Virus record (IMG/VR): IMGVR_UViG_3300009183_000256
Span: 1 to 30,644 of that record
Strand: one strand, 5' to 3'
Source of the DNA: a virus
Taxonomy: Duplodnaviria; Caudoviricetes
DNA length: 30,644 nt
Part shown: positions 6,818 to 16,243 of the stretch, one piece after another
How the letters are laid out: the number at the start of each line of letters is the position of its first letter
Position numbering within the stretch: the first letter of the stretch is position 1
The notes under the pieces: model-generated
The model's database searches: none
The model's input: only the letters and a program-made list of their open reading frames with translations
Told to the model about the DNA's origin: nothing
Made by a program: the position numbers and the translations under genes

Positions 6818-8004
6818 ATCAAATTTTCTTTCAAATAATTGCGTTTACACCAATCAGTATTTTTAAAATATGGAATTCTTTTTAGAATATTTTTGATAGT
6901 TTTTCTACTTTTTGCGGCCTCTTCTAAAACTGGAAAAATAGAAGCAAAAACGATCAAAGCTTGCCTGTCTGATGGATACCAGTCTTTGAGTGCAGCATCT
7001 GTTAGCACCATGAATGGTATGCTTTTCGCTATACCGAATGGAATGCAAAGAATGTCAAGGCATTCAAAATTCCTTGCATGGTATAAATTTAGAGAAGTCG
7101 CTGACCCAAAAGATACGGCTGTCAAAATGCTTTTCGCAATTTCAACATACAGTGATGAATTTACACTATCATAGGTTTCTTGCCATAGCATGTAGAAAGC
7201 CGGAATAGATGGAACTGAAAAAATCAAAACAGGACAAAAAAATGCAGTAAACCACAACTCTTCAAATTGTTCATTCAGAACAGATGCCGGCAAGTCTATT
7301 GCTGTTTCATTCTTTTCAACAATATGTTTCCAGACCATGTTTATTTCAGGCGTTGTTAGCGCATCAATCCTTTTTCCAATAAGCCCATAGCGCGAATTCT
7401 TGTTAAATTCGCGATAATAGTCATTGCCCAAATTTAGCAAGCTTAGGTATTTGTCAAGGACAAGGGGCAGCGCAAGCGTAGCGCAAAATGTGTAGTATTC
7501 GTCCCAGCCTGTATTTTTAGCGGCTTTGTGGTGATCATTTTCAACTGAAAACAGGTAGTATGCCGGCAATATTGACGATATGGCGGCGGTTGCTTTCCAT
7601 TTTAGGTCAGTTTCGTCTTCTTTTTTTTCCAAAAAATTCATTAAACAATCAGTGCCGTAAACAACACCTGTAGCGATCATGGCCAAGGTAAGGTTGTAAT
7701 TTACATCTGGGGTGTTTTTTGCAACGTACTGTAAAAATACAGGGATCATGCCATTTGCAACAGCACCAGCAAAAACTAAACCACCGCAGAATCGAGTCCA
7801 GTAGCGGCATCTGGTTTCAGGTTCGCGCACATGTGTAGTTTCCATGGCACTCGATAAATAGGCAAAGTGTCCATGCCAATATTCCTTTAAAGACATGTTT
7901 ACGAGGTTGTTTTGATTGAAATCTATTTGTTCCGAAATTTCTTGTGAATGCGTTGGCGCGTTTAAAGCTATACAAAAAAATAAAGCAAAGATATGTTTAA
8001 TCAT
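6814..8004 (-). CDS. Hypothetical multi-pass membrane protein with signal peptide (396 aa)
   Basis: Long ORF with N-terminal MIKHIFALFFCIALNAPTHS and several hydrophobic segments. Confidence 0.75.
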   Translation of the reverse strand: MIKHIFALFFCIALNAPTHSQEISEQIDFNQNNLVNMSLKEYWHGHFAYLSSAMETTHVREPETRCRYWTRFCGGLVFAGAVANGMIPVFLQYVAKNTPDVNYNLTLAMIATGVVYGTDCLMNFLEKKEDETDLKWKATAAISSILPAYYLFSVENDHHKAAKNTGWDEYYTFCATLALPLVLDKYLSLLNLGNDYYREFNKNSRYGLIGKRIDALTTPEINMVWKHIVEKNETAIDLPASVLNEQFEELWFTAFFCPVLIFSVPSIPAFYMLWQETYDSVNSSLYVEIAKSILTAVSFGSATSLNLYHARNFECLDILCIPFGIAKSIPFMVLTDAALKDWYPSDRQALIVFASIFPVLEEAAKSRKTIKNILKRIPYFKNTDWCKRNYLKENLI

Positions 8005-8080
8005 TTCGTTTGATTTAAAAACCCCATTGGTGACATTATGGTGCTACTTTAATAGTTTTTTTACGAGCATTGCAAACAAA

Positions 8081-8455
8081 ATGAAAGATGCGAGCCATAC
8101 AAAAGCAGAGTTGTTGGATTTCGTTCGCCGGAAAGCAATCACTGGCATGAGTTCAAATCAAATAGCCGCTGACTACGCAAACGATTGGCATACTACATAT
8201 GATTTTGCCAAGCAGCGCATGAAAGAACCGCAATATCAAGAGGCAATTGAGGCCGGCCGTCAAACCGGATTAGGCCAAATTTGGGAAAAGCTGCACGATT
8301 TAGCAATTAGCAAAAACGATCAAGGCATTTTGTTATTGCTGGCCAAAGAACAATTGAAACTATTTGGCGGCCTTGATACCCAAGATTTGCTTGCAAAAAG
8401 CAATTTGACTAAAGACCAGCTAAAAAAAGTCCATGAGGTCATTCTTGGAAAATGA
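8081..8455 (+). CDS. terS: Probable terminase small subunit (124 aa)
   Basis: Overlaps terL. HTH-like N-terminal part (GMSSNQIA) and EAIEAGR...LAIS...LLAKEQL pattern. Start moved to MKDASH at 8081. Confidence 0.7.
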   Translation: MKDASHTKAELLDFVRRKAITGMSSNQIAADYANDWHTTYDFAKQRMKEPQYQEAIEAGRQTGLGQIWEKLHDLAISKNDQGILLLLAKEQLKLFGGLDTQDLLAKSNLTKDQLKKVHEVILGK

Positions 8456-9848
8456 GCTAAGCACCAATGAAATCATGCGTGAATTTTGGTACGCTCATCG
8501 GACTTTTGCGTATTATGAGCCGCATTTAAAGCAAAAGCAGTTTCATGACTTAGGTAAAACCGCCCGTGAACGTTTGTTTTTGGCTGGTAATCGCACGGGT
8601 AAAACCTATGGTGGAGCAATTGAAGTGTGTATGCACCTCAGTGGTGTTTACCCTGAGGATTGGTCAGGTTATCGTTTTGATAAACCCATTATGGCCTGGG
8701 CAATTGGCGTATCCAATGAAACCGTGCGTTCAACCTTACAGCAGTATTATATTGGGGATCCAAAGGCAGAAAAACCAGGTGGATTAGCACCAGATATCAT
8801 CGTATCAACAACAATGAGGCGGGGCTTAGCCGATGCGGTGGATACAGTGCGGGTACGCCACAGCAGCGGTGGTCAATCAATTCTGTGCTTTAAAAGCTAC
8901 CAGCAAGGCCGTGAAGCTTTACAAGGGGCGAGAGTCGATTTAATTCACTGTGATGAAGAACCGCCAAGTAACCTATATATGGAGCTACTGATGCGCCTGA
9001 TGAGTGTTGATGGGGTTTCAGATCCAGGTATGATGATGATTACGGCAACCCCATTATTGGGGATGACCAATACAATCTTACGCTTTACCAATGAAGATGA
9101 CGCAAGAGAAGGCGAAGCACTAAATGGCCGCGCGTTTGTGCAAGCAGGTTGGGATGACAACCCATATTTGAGCGAATCAGAAAAAAAACAACTGCGCTCT
9201 GGCATGTCCCCGCATGAATTGGAAGCTAGAGAACGCGGAATCCCTTCACTTGGCTCAGGCATGGTGTATCCTGTCTCAGAATCAGCGATCACGTGCGATC
9301 CGTTTGCAATACCTGAGTTTTGGCCGCGGGTTTATGGGCTGGACTTTGGCTGGACAGCTCCGACTGCAGCACTGTTTGGGGCGCATGACCGGGACAATGA
9401 CGTCATCTATTTTTATGCGGAGTATGCTTTGCCAGAACTCACACCCCAACAACATGCCACCAATCTTTTGAAACTTGGAGCAGATTGGATTCCAGGCGTT
9501 TTCGATCCTTCAGGATTGCAATCAAGTGTCAAAGACGGCGACAAATTAGCGCAAGTCTACAACGATGTTGGCCTGATATCTCTTTACAAAGCCGATAATG
9601 CGAAAGAGGCTGGTGTTGCTAAAACTTTGACGCGGATGCAAAACGGTCAGCTAAAACTTTTTAGCTCTCTCTCACAAACTTTAAAAGAGTTGCGCATTTA
9701 TGGGCGCGATGAAAATGGCATTATTCGAAAAGGTAATGACCATTTAATGGACTGTATGCGCTACACAGTCATGTCTGGCCTAGAAGTAGCGCGCCCACAG
9801 AAAATGCCTAGATATCATCAACCAAACCAGGCCGCTGGTTACATGTGA
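8433..9848 (+). CDS. terL: Terminase large subunit (P22-like)
   Basis: Walker A AGNRTGKT, FKSYQQGRE, Walker B IHCDEEPP, TATP, nuclease motifs GLDFG and DHLMDCMRY. Confidence 0.96.
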   Translation: MRSFLENELSTNEIMREFWYAHRTFAYYEPHLKQKQFHDLGKTARERLFLAGNRTGKTYGGAIEVCMHLSGVYPEDWSGYRFDKPIMAWAIGVSNETVRSTLQQYYIGDPKAEKPGGLAPDIIVSTTMRRGLADAVDTVRVRHSSGGQSILCFKSYQQGREALQGARVDLIHCDEEPPSNLYMELLMRLMSVDGVSDPGMMMITATPLLGMTNTILRFTNEDDAREGEALNGRAFVQAGWDDNPYLSESEKKQLRSGMSPHELEARERGIPSLGSGMVYPVSESAITCDPFAIPEFWPRVYGLDFGWTAPTAALFGAHDRDNDVIYFYAEYALPELTPQQHATNLLKLGADWIPGVFDPSGLQSSVKDGDKLAQVYNDVGLISLYKADNAKEAGVAKTLTRMQNGQLKLFSSLSQTLKELRIYGRDENGIIRKGNDHLMDCMRYTVMSGLEVARPQKMPRYHQPNQAAGYM

Positions 9849-9857
9849 GAGAAAAAA

Positions 9858-10052
9858 ATGGAAGCCCTAAAATCACAAGGAATCTTTAAAATAGTATTTT
9901 TGCTATTAATTGTAATATTACTCGCTGGTTGCGATCTACCGAAAATGTTTTTGGAAGAAGAAGGACGCAAAGTCATTGACGATGTGGTTGTTGAAGAAAC
10001 CAAAATTACCCCAGCACCCGCGGAAAAAACAATAACAACCAAAAGCCTTTGA
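9858..10052 (+). CDS. Small lipoprotein
   Basis: Hydrophobic stretch ending in the lipobox LLAGC. Confidence 0.7.
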   Translation: MEALKSQGIFKIVFLLLIVILLAGCDLPKMFLEEEGRKVIDDVVVEETKITPAPAEKTITTKSL

Positions 10053-10059
10053 GTTTTCT

Positions 10060-11190
10060 ATGCCATTGGTACCAGAATTTTATGACGGATCGGCATGGAA
10101 AACATTAAATTCTTCTAATGCCTCAGTATCATCTGTTGGCATCACAGCCGGGACGGGTATAAACGTTAGTGGGTCACCTATCACGACCAGTGGCACAATA
10201 TCTTTGACTTTGGGCAATATTCCTATTACAGCACTTTCTGGGTATCCTTCAGATTCGGTAAAGCTGCTGCAGGGTAACGGCGTTTGGGCGCAGCCAATTT
10301 TAAATAATATTGCATCGCCTACCTATGGTTCAACCTACGTTTTCAATGGGGCTAATCTTTCTAGTGTGCAGAGTTTGGACTGTCTCCGCTTAGTCGTAGG
10401 CGATGCTAGCGTGTTCCCGTTTTTCGCATTTCTCCCAACGCTTCAGGTTAATAATGGCTACGTTTTTTTAAACAGCACCCAAACAACGGTGAGCGGGTTT
10501 TCATATTATAAATATCAATTTGATTCGTGGGCGGCGGGTTACTGGGCAGGCGGGGGCTTGGCACTTTCAATGAAATGTGTGGGATCAATTGCGGCGGTTG
10601 AATTCGAGGCCACCTCTTCCATTAAAAAAAAATATATCTTAGAAAATTTAAACGCATTTTCCAGTGATCTAAAGAAAAAATTCGATTCTATTGATTTCGT
10701 CAAATATGCGTGGAAAGACCCAATGAAAGAAGGTGAAGGCCAGTTTTTTGGGTATATCGCGGAAAATGTGGCCGAACAATTTCCAGAATTAGTTGATATG
10801 AGCCACCTTGAGTTTGCTCCAAATATTTTTCAAATGGGAATTGCAAAGAAAACAAGCAAAAATGTCCACAAAATCTCTTGCAAAAACAGTTTTAATGCAA
10901 AAACTGGTGACAAAATACAGTTTTTTGTTGAAACAGAAAACCACAAAAAAACTTTTGAGGGAGTTGTTTGTGAAAAAATTGATGATTTTGAAATGGCCGT
11001 AGAATTCAACGAAAAATCACCACCAGACGGTGAAATTTTTGTGTACGGCGTTTTTGAGGAAGTGCCGTTAGTTTCAAAAACACGTTTCCATGACATGGTT
11101 TCAAGTCGTGTTAGAATTTTAATTGATGATTTTAAAATTTTAGCTGAAAAGGTAAATTTTTTAGAACTAAAAATTAAAAACATGATATAA
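10060..11190 (+). CDS. Tail fibre distal part with C-terminal intramolecular chaperone (peptidase S74-like)
   Basis: VSSVGITAGTGINVSGSPITTSGTI fibre repeat, TSSIKKK cleavage-like site, YAWKD, FGYIAENVAEQFPELV, terminal coiled coil. Confidence 0.8.
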   Translation: MPLVPEFYDGSAWKTLNSSNASVSSVGITAGTGINVSGSPITTSGTISLTLGNIPITALSGYPSDSVKLLQGNGVWAQPILNNIASPTYGSTYVFNGANLSSVQSLDCLRLVVGDASVFPFFAFLPTLQVNNGYVFLNSTQTTVSGFSYYKYQFDSWAAGYWAGGGLALSMKCVGSIAAVEFEATSSIKKKYILENLNAFSSDLKKKFDSIDFVKYAWKDPMKEGEGQFFGYIAENVAEQFPELVDMSHLEFAPNIFQMGIAKKTSKNVHKISCKNSFNAKTGDKIQFFVETENHKKTFEGVVCEKIDDFEMAVEFNEKSPPDGEIFVYGVFEEVPLVSKTRFHDMVSSRVRILIDDFKILAEKVNFLELKIKNMI

Positions 11191-11218
11191 TTTTAAAAAC
11201 TTAGCTTTCAAGAAAACA

Positions 11219-11449
11219 ATGGATTCAAATTTAATAGCAGCTGTAACGCCTAATCTGATTGGTCTAGAAGCGATAGCGACCATGCAATCTGATATGCAAT
11301 GGATCAATCAGTACGGCATGGCTTTGTTCAACTTTAGCGGAAGCGATACGGATCCAACATATGTAATGTTATTGAAAAATACAGTAGAAGCCTTGACGGC
11401 CTTAACTGTTGCAGTCAAAGCTTGCCAAGAGCAGCTACCTAAAAGTTAA
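11219..11449 (+). CDS. Small helical hypothetical protein, apparent paralog of 14209-14418
   Basis: Ungapped PN...L........D.Q...Q.....F...G similarity to the 14209 ORF. Confidence 0.7.
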   Translation: MDSNLIAAVTPNLIGLEAIATMQSDMQWINQYGMALFNFSGSDTDPTYVMLLKNTVEALTALTVAVKACQEQLPKS

Positions 11450-12252
11450 TCGGTATTTAGTCGCAACAGGCCTTCGGCGGGACTGGGGCGTGCTGCTGTG
11501 TTACCAGCGGGTATGGTCACGGCATTTCCTGTAAAAACAGGATTCGGCGCAAAAGTAGTGGCAACAGACCCGCTAATATTGTGAGAACCAGTGATATCTC
11601 CGCTCAACGTAACAGTCAAGCCATCGATACGTGTATTAGCGTTGTTCGCCGTCAGCTGAGCTGCCGTCCCCAGGGCTGCTGCTGCAGCAATGGATATGCT
11701 TATTTCAGCCCCGGGTGTTAGCGTGAACGGCAACATCTGAGCTGTGAAATATGCCGTTGATGCTACTGCTGCCGCGGCTATCGCCGAAGTTTCCGCAGCG
11801 GCTATCGCAACTGAAACAGTGGTAGGCGTGCAGTAATCCGAATCTGCTATAGCAATGTTAATCATGCCTGTAGAAGGCGCGCTTTTTAAAATGCCGCCGT
11901 CCAAATCTGACAAAGCCTGTGAATTTGGAAGAGCTAAGTCGGGCTGCTGCAATATATACTTTGATGTGTTCGGCGCGAAATTTCCTGGCAAAACAGTAGT
12001 TAAATTTCCAGAACTATTGTAAAGCAATCCGTTTGCTAAGTTGCTGAGTGCTTGGGCATTGGGAGCTTGAGAATTCGGCTGACCCAATATGAAGTCAGAT
12101 TGAAAAAAAGTTTTTAAGTCTAAGCGAATGTCTGTCAAAATTGGTGACGGCGTTGCTACACCTTGCCCATTACCAAACAGCACGTAGTTTTGATTGCAAA
12201 ATATTCTGCCAGTTACTGGCGATAGAACAATATCTGCTGGTGCAAATTTCAT
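11446..12252 (-). CDS. Tail fibre-like protein (268 aa), proximal piece
   Basis: Start moved to MKFAP at 12252 (ATGA overlap with the patatin stop). Duplicated ILxQPxxxxPNxQALSxLxxGxL module, TLSGDITGS, C-terminal IPAGNTAARP...GLLRLNTD. Confidence 0.7.
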   Translation of the reverse strand: MKFAPADIVLSPVTGRIFCNQNYVLFGNGQGVATPSPILTDIRLDLKTFFQSDFILGQPNSQAPNAQALSNLANGLLYNSSGNLTTVLPGNFAPNTSKYILQQPDLALPNSQALSDLDGGILKSAPSTGMINIAIADSDYCTPTTVSVAIAAAETSAIAAAAVASTAYFTAQMLPFTLTPGAEISISIAAAAALGTAAQLTANNANTRIDGLTVTLSGDITGSHNISGSVATTFAPNPVFTGNAVTIPAGNTAARPSPAEGLLRLNTD

Positions 12253-13343
12253 GCGTCCAAATGACCTATGAAATTTTGAATATTCAAGAAATCGTTTTGA
12301 TACCACGATTCGGCTTTTGTTGCATAATAATTCAAAATGGTCTCAGTTGTGTTGTCTAAGGTTGGCAACTGCTCAGGAGGTAAATCATCAAAAATTGGCT
12401 GATAACGATAATAATATAACTGATCTAATGTATATCGCGATATTAACTGCAATGTTTTAGCGACCGATTCTTCACTGCCGCCACCTGCCTGATTCACCAA
12501 TGCCCCTAAAATAGCAAGTGGATTTACTGTGTCTGTCAGATTTCTTTGCAAATATTCTCTAAACGAACTACCAAATAATTGATAAGATCCTTCTCCAGGC
12601 ACTAGTCCTGTCCCCAAAGACAAAATGCACACTCTATTTGCCGAAGGTTTTAGCATTTTGCCTAATGCCATTCCCATCAAAGCGGGGTTGTTTAAGTATA
12701 CACCACCATCACTGTACTGATGCCCCCCAAAAGAAACAGGATGACTATTTGAAGCAAGATACAGTGGTGCTGCACTTGTGGCTAATGCGACATTTTTGAT
12801 TAATTCATTTTGACCTATGAATTCTGTTTTTTGGTAATTGGAAAAAGAAACGAATGTGCCTGTATCAGTTTGATATGATGGAATCAAAACCTTGGTTTGA
12901 AGATCTGCTAACGTAGCCGTTCCAAAGAAATCACCCAAAGTCGCACTCAATAACCCCGTACCATACTTATCGGCATAAGTCCCACTAGAATTATAAAAAG
13001 GAATATCTAAACCGAGTAAAGTCAACTTATACGTTGCTGACGGTACTATGCCAGGTGTTGGGTACAATATGACAGGACCACCTGTTTCAGACCCCAAAGT
13101 AAAGATATATCGTCCTTTTTCCGTAAAAAATGATTCTATTTCACCGGGGGTTTTCCCAAAAGCAAAAGCAAGCCCCATGATGCCGCCAATAGACGTGCCA
13201 CAGATCACATCAAATCTTTGTGCAATGTCGCCCGGATTAATGCCCCACAATTCTATGAATTTGATCAAAAACTTCAAAGACAAATAGCCGCGCTCACCAC
13301 CGCCGTCCAAGGATAATATTCTGATTGTATTCGTGTCTGTCAT
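12249..13343 (-). CDS. Patatin-like phospholipase
   Basis: LSLDGGGERG, GTSIG (GxSxG), ATSAAP, DGGVYLNNP, ILSLGTG. Start taken as MTDTN (13355 is an alternative). Confidence 0.95.
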   Translation of the reverse strand: MTDTNTIRILSLDGGGERGYLSLKFLIKFIELWGINPGDIAQRFDVICGTSIGGIMGLAFAFGKTPGEIESFFTEKGRYIFTLGSETGGPVILYPTPGIVPSATYKLTLLGLDIPFYNSSGTYADKYGTGLLSATLGDFFGTATLADLQTKVLIPSYQTDTGTFVSFSNYQKTEFIGQNELIKNVALATSAAPLYLASNSHPVSFGGHQYSDGGVYLNNPALMGMALGKMLKPSANRVCILSLGTGLVPGEGSYQLFGSSFREYLQRNLTDTVNPLAILGALVNQAGGGSEESVAKTLQLISRYTLDQLYYYRYQPIFDDLPPEQLPTLDNTTETILNYYATKAESWYQNDFLNIQNFIGHLDA

Positions 13344-13469
13344 GGCATTAACCAATCAACAAGTGTGTTTTTGTTTTTTTCGGCATAAGATTTGTCAGGA
13401 CTGATTTCTATTATGACCCGATAAAGTACGCACCCTGATAAAAATAAAAAAAGAAAAAGACAAAAAAAG

Positions 13470-14135
13470 TTATGACCCATTCCAAAATCTCAGGGATCCG
13501 GCAGCTGCAACTCTTTGAGCGGCGGTGCCAATTGGTAGAATTACGCCTGCGGTGCCGGGAATTGTGGGATTAGACGCTAACCCAATAATTGGCACTGCCG
13601 CCGTTCCCGTTACAGCTATTTGGTTAGCTGTCCCTGTCACTGAATCTACTCCAAGATTAGCAAGGGCTGTAAAAACAATCGCGCTAGTGCCAATTGTGGT
13701 CATGGTGGCCGTTTGCGTCCAAGAAGTTACGGCGTTAATTGTTCCCGCAACGACCACTAAAGTATCACCAGGATTGATCAAATACACAGAATCGTAATCA
13801 GTGGTGCGGGTCAACACCCAGTTTGTCGATACAGAGCCAGCCGTTGTTAAGCTATAGACCCCGTTTTGAAAGGTGGTCGTCTGATCTTTGACCAGGATGC
13901 GTTGGCCAACCGAGGGCGTTACCCCATCAAGTGCAAAAGCCACCTGGGTTCCAGCATTGGTCAATGTCGCTCCTACGCCTGCCGTGCCATTAGCATAGGC
14001 AGCATTTAAAGTTGTGCCTATGGTTGCAACGACACAAGCCGTTTTAGCAACAACGTCAACGATGTTTTGACTAGCTAATTGATACCAATTAGATCCATCG
14101 CTATATTCAATTTTTGATGTTGGCAGTATTGACAT
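13470..14135 (-). CDS. Tail fibre-like protein (221 aa), middle piece
   Basis: LDGV...RILVKDQT...NGVY...WVLTR-TD domain typical of phage fibre or head-fibre proteins. VTGTANQI repeat. C-terminal LPIGTAAQR...GSLRF. Confidence 0.78.
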   Translation of the reverse strand: MSILPTSKIEYSDGSNWYQLASQNIVDVVAKTACVVATIGTTLNAAYANGTAGVGATLTNAGTQVAFALDGVTPSVGQRILVKDQTTTFQNGVYSLTTAGSVSTNWVLTRTTDYDSVYLINPGDTLVVVAGTINAVTSWTQTATMTTIGTSAIVFTALANLGVDSVTGTANQIAVTGTAAVPIIGLASNPTIPGTAGVILPIGTAAQRVAAAGSLRFWNGS

Positions 14136-14208
14136 TCTTATCTTTTTAATTTTTTAATTTTTTAATTATAATCTATAATGACTTATTATCAAAATAAGAA
14201 AACCAAAA

Positions 14209-14418
14209 GTGTCAATATTCCCTAACCGTCACCATTTAAAAGAACTAAGCGCAGCAATAGTAGATTTTCAATTTGTGCAGCAACAGGCTACTCAAGTTTT
14301 TAGCTACAATGGCGAAGCTACAGCGGATTTTGAAGAAGCAGCAAAGCAACTGGACATTCTGTTTAGCGATATTTTAACTCAGGTTCAGAGTTTAAAAACA
14401 AAAATTCCAGGTATTTAA
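14209..14418 (+). CDS. Small helical hypothetical protein, apparent paralog of 11219-11449
   Basis: GTG start, 7 bp before the portal start, motif similarity to the 11219 ORF. Confidence 0.65.
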   Translation: MSIFPNRHHLKELSAAIVDFQFVQQQATQVFSYNGEATADFEEAAKQLDILFSDILTQVQSLKTKIPGI

Positions 14419-14425
14419 AAATAAC

Positions 14426-16243
14426 ATGATTCTTTCCGCTTCTAGACAGAAAGCTTTAGACAAGGCTCAAGCGTATTTTAGAGCGGCAAACCTGCATCAA
14501 TCTACTGCGGAATTCAGATTAAAATGCATCAATGATTATGGTTTTTACGATGGTACAGGCCAGTGGGAAGCAAAAGACTTAGAGATGTTGGCCGAGCGGC
14601 AGCAATTACCGATTACAGTCAATATCTGTAAAGGCTTCATCGATAATCTTTCCGGTGTCGAAATCCAATCACGCTATCGTACCGCCTGTCGCAATGATTC
14701 AAGCAATCCAGAAGATGACAGGCTCGCTGAAGCCTTAACCCATCTGTTGTTTTATGTTCAAGAACACCAAGAAATACCCTATAAAGGCAGTTTGAAATTT
14801 AAGGATTCCCTAATTTGTGGAATTGGCTGGAGTCATCTTTGTCAAGAAGACGGCAAGATTTTTTATGACTACGTTCATCCATTCAATGTTATCCCGGATC
14901 CGGACGATCTCACCCCACAATATACTGCAATGAAATACGTCTGCCGAAAATTTTGGATGCGACCAGATATGGTCAAAGATCGCTGGCCAAAAGTTGCAGC
15001 AGATATTGATTTTGGCGGTGAGTTTGATTATTACCAGGGGCTTTTTAGCCCTGAAATAATGGATCGCAACTCGACCTATACTGATTATGGTGGCTATACC
15101 GGCGCAAATGGCAGCAGGGTACTGGTGGTAGAAGTCCAATACAAGATACCGCATAAAATCTACAGTGGCACCGATAGTAATGGGCGATCTTTTGAGACTT
15201 TTAAACTAGATGAGGCGGAAGAAATAGCCCAAGGGGAAATTGAAGAAAGAAAGGGTGAGCGCATCATGCGTACCTTGTTTTTAGACAATACCCTGCTTGA
15301 ACATGCCCCCTTAGATGCAACTTTTCCCGATCAACAAGACTTTAGTTATATTCCAATTGTCTTTCAGCGGCGTTTTCAAACAGGTGTCCCATATGGATTG
15401 CTTGATGGGATGAAGGATATTCAGCGCGATTGTAACGTTAGGGTCACTAAATCAGTTTATGCGATTAACTCAGCGCGTTTAATTTTTGAAGGTAATCCAT
15501 TACCAGGTCAAAGCATAGAAAAGATTCAAGAACAACTAAAACGTATTGATTCTGTAGTCGTTTTGCCTAAAGATTCTAAGTTCCAATTCTCAAGTAATGC
15601 CCAGCTTGGCGAAGAGCAGCTTAAAATTGTTGAGCTTTACCTTAAGCTAATCCAGCGCGTGACTGGCATCCATGACGAAATGCTTGGAATTCAAACCAAC
15701 GCTACTAGCGGACTTTCGCAAAACATTCGCCAAGTAAACAGTGTTCGCAACAACGTGTTCGCATTTGATAGCTTTTCTCAGATGAAAAAGCGCGAGACAC
15801 GTTTTGTCTTAAACATGATTCAATCAAGCGGAATGCAAAACTTAGCTATCCAGATTTTGAACCCCCCTGAAAAACAAACAATAATTGTAAATTTGGTGAG
15901 AGAGATTAATGGCCAGCCCGTGATCTTCAATGACATTAGTAACCTGCCGATTTCTTTGTACATTGAAGAGGTGCCAGATTACCAAAGTTCATTTGCTGAA
16001 CAGAAGGCAACCTTTGAATCGCTGCTGTCTAATGCCCATGCCCAGTGGTTAATGCTGTCTCCAGAACTGCTACGCCGGATGGGAGTTCGAAACCCAGAAC
16101 AAATTGCTCAAGAAATGCAGCAGGCGATGCAACAAAAAACGATGATGGAACAAGGGGTTGCTGGCCGCGGCGAACCTTTTAGCCCAGATGGCCAGCAGCA
16201 ACAGCCTGGCTCTCCAATACCACAGATGCAAGCACCCGTATGA
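14426..16243 (+). CDS. Portal protein (P22-like)
   Basis: FYDG-GQW...ITVN...G-E...R N-terminal pattern, PYGLLDGMKDIQR, VTGI-DEMLG, Gln-rich tail, 605 aa. Confidence 0.9.
   Translation: MILSASRQKALDKAQAYFRAANLHQSTAEFRLKCINDYGFYDGTGQWEAKDLEMLAERQQLPITVNICKGFIDNLSGVEIQSRYRTACRNDSSNPEDDRLAEALTHLLFYVQEHQEIPYKGSLKFKDSLICGIGWSHLCQEDGKIFYDYVHPFNVIPDPDDLTPQYTAMKYVCRKFWMRPDMVKDRWPKVAADIDFGGEFDYYQGLFSPEIMDRNSTYTDYGGYTGANGSRVLVVEVQYKIPHKIYSGTDSNGRSFETFKLDEAEEIAQGEIEERKGERIMRTLFLDNTLLEHAPLDATFPDQQDFSYIPIVFQRRFQTGVPYGLLDGMKDIQRDCNVRVTKSVYAINSARLIFEGNPLPGQSIEKIQEQLKRIDSVVVLPKDSKFQFSSNAQLGEEQLKIVELYLKLIQRVTGIHDEMLGIQTNATSGLSQNIRQVNSVRNNVFAFDSFSQMKKRETRFVLNMIQSSGMQNLAIQILNPPEKQTIIVNLVREINGQPVIFNDISNLPISLYIEEVPDYQSSFAEQKATFESLLSNAHAQWLMLSPELLRRMGVRNPEQIAQEMQQAMQQKTMMEQGVAGRGEPFSPDGQQQQPGSPIPQMQAPV

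Noticed and set aside
10040-14210. Shufflon or invertible segment fusing the fibre pieces
   Set aside because: No convincing inverted repeats seen by eye at about 10050, 11446, 13470 or 14140. Needs a computed search.
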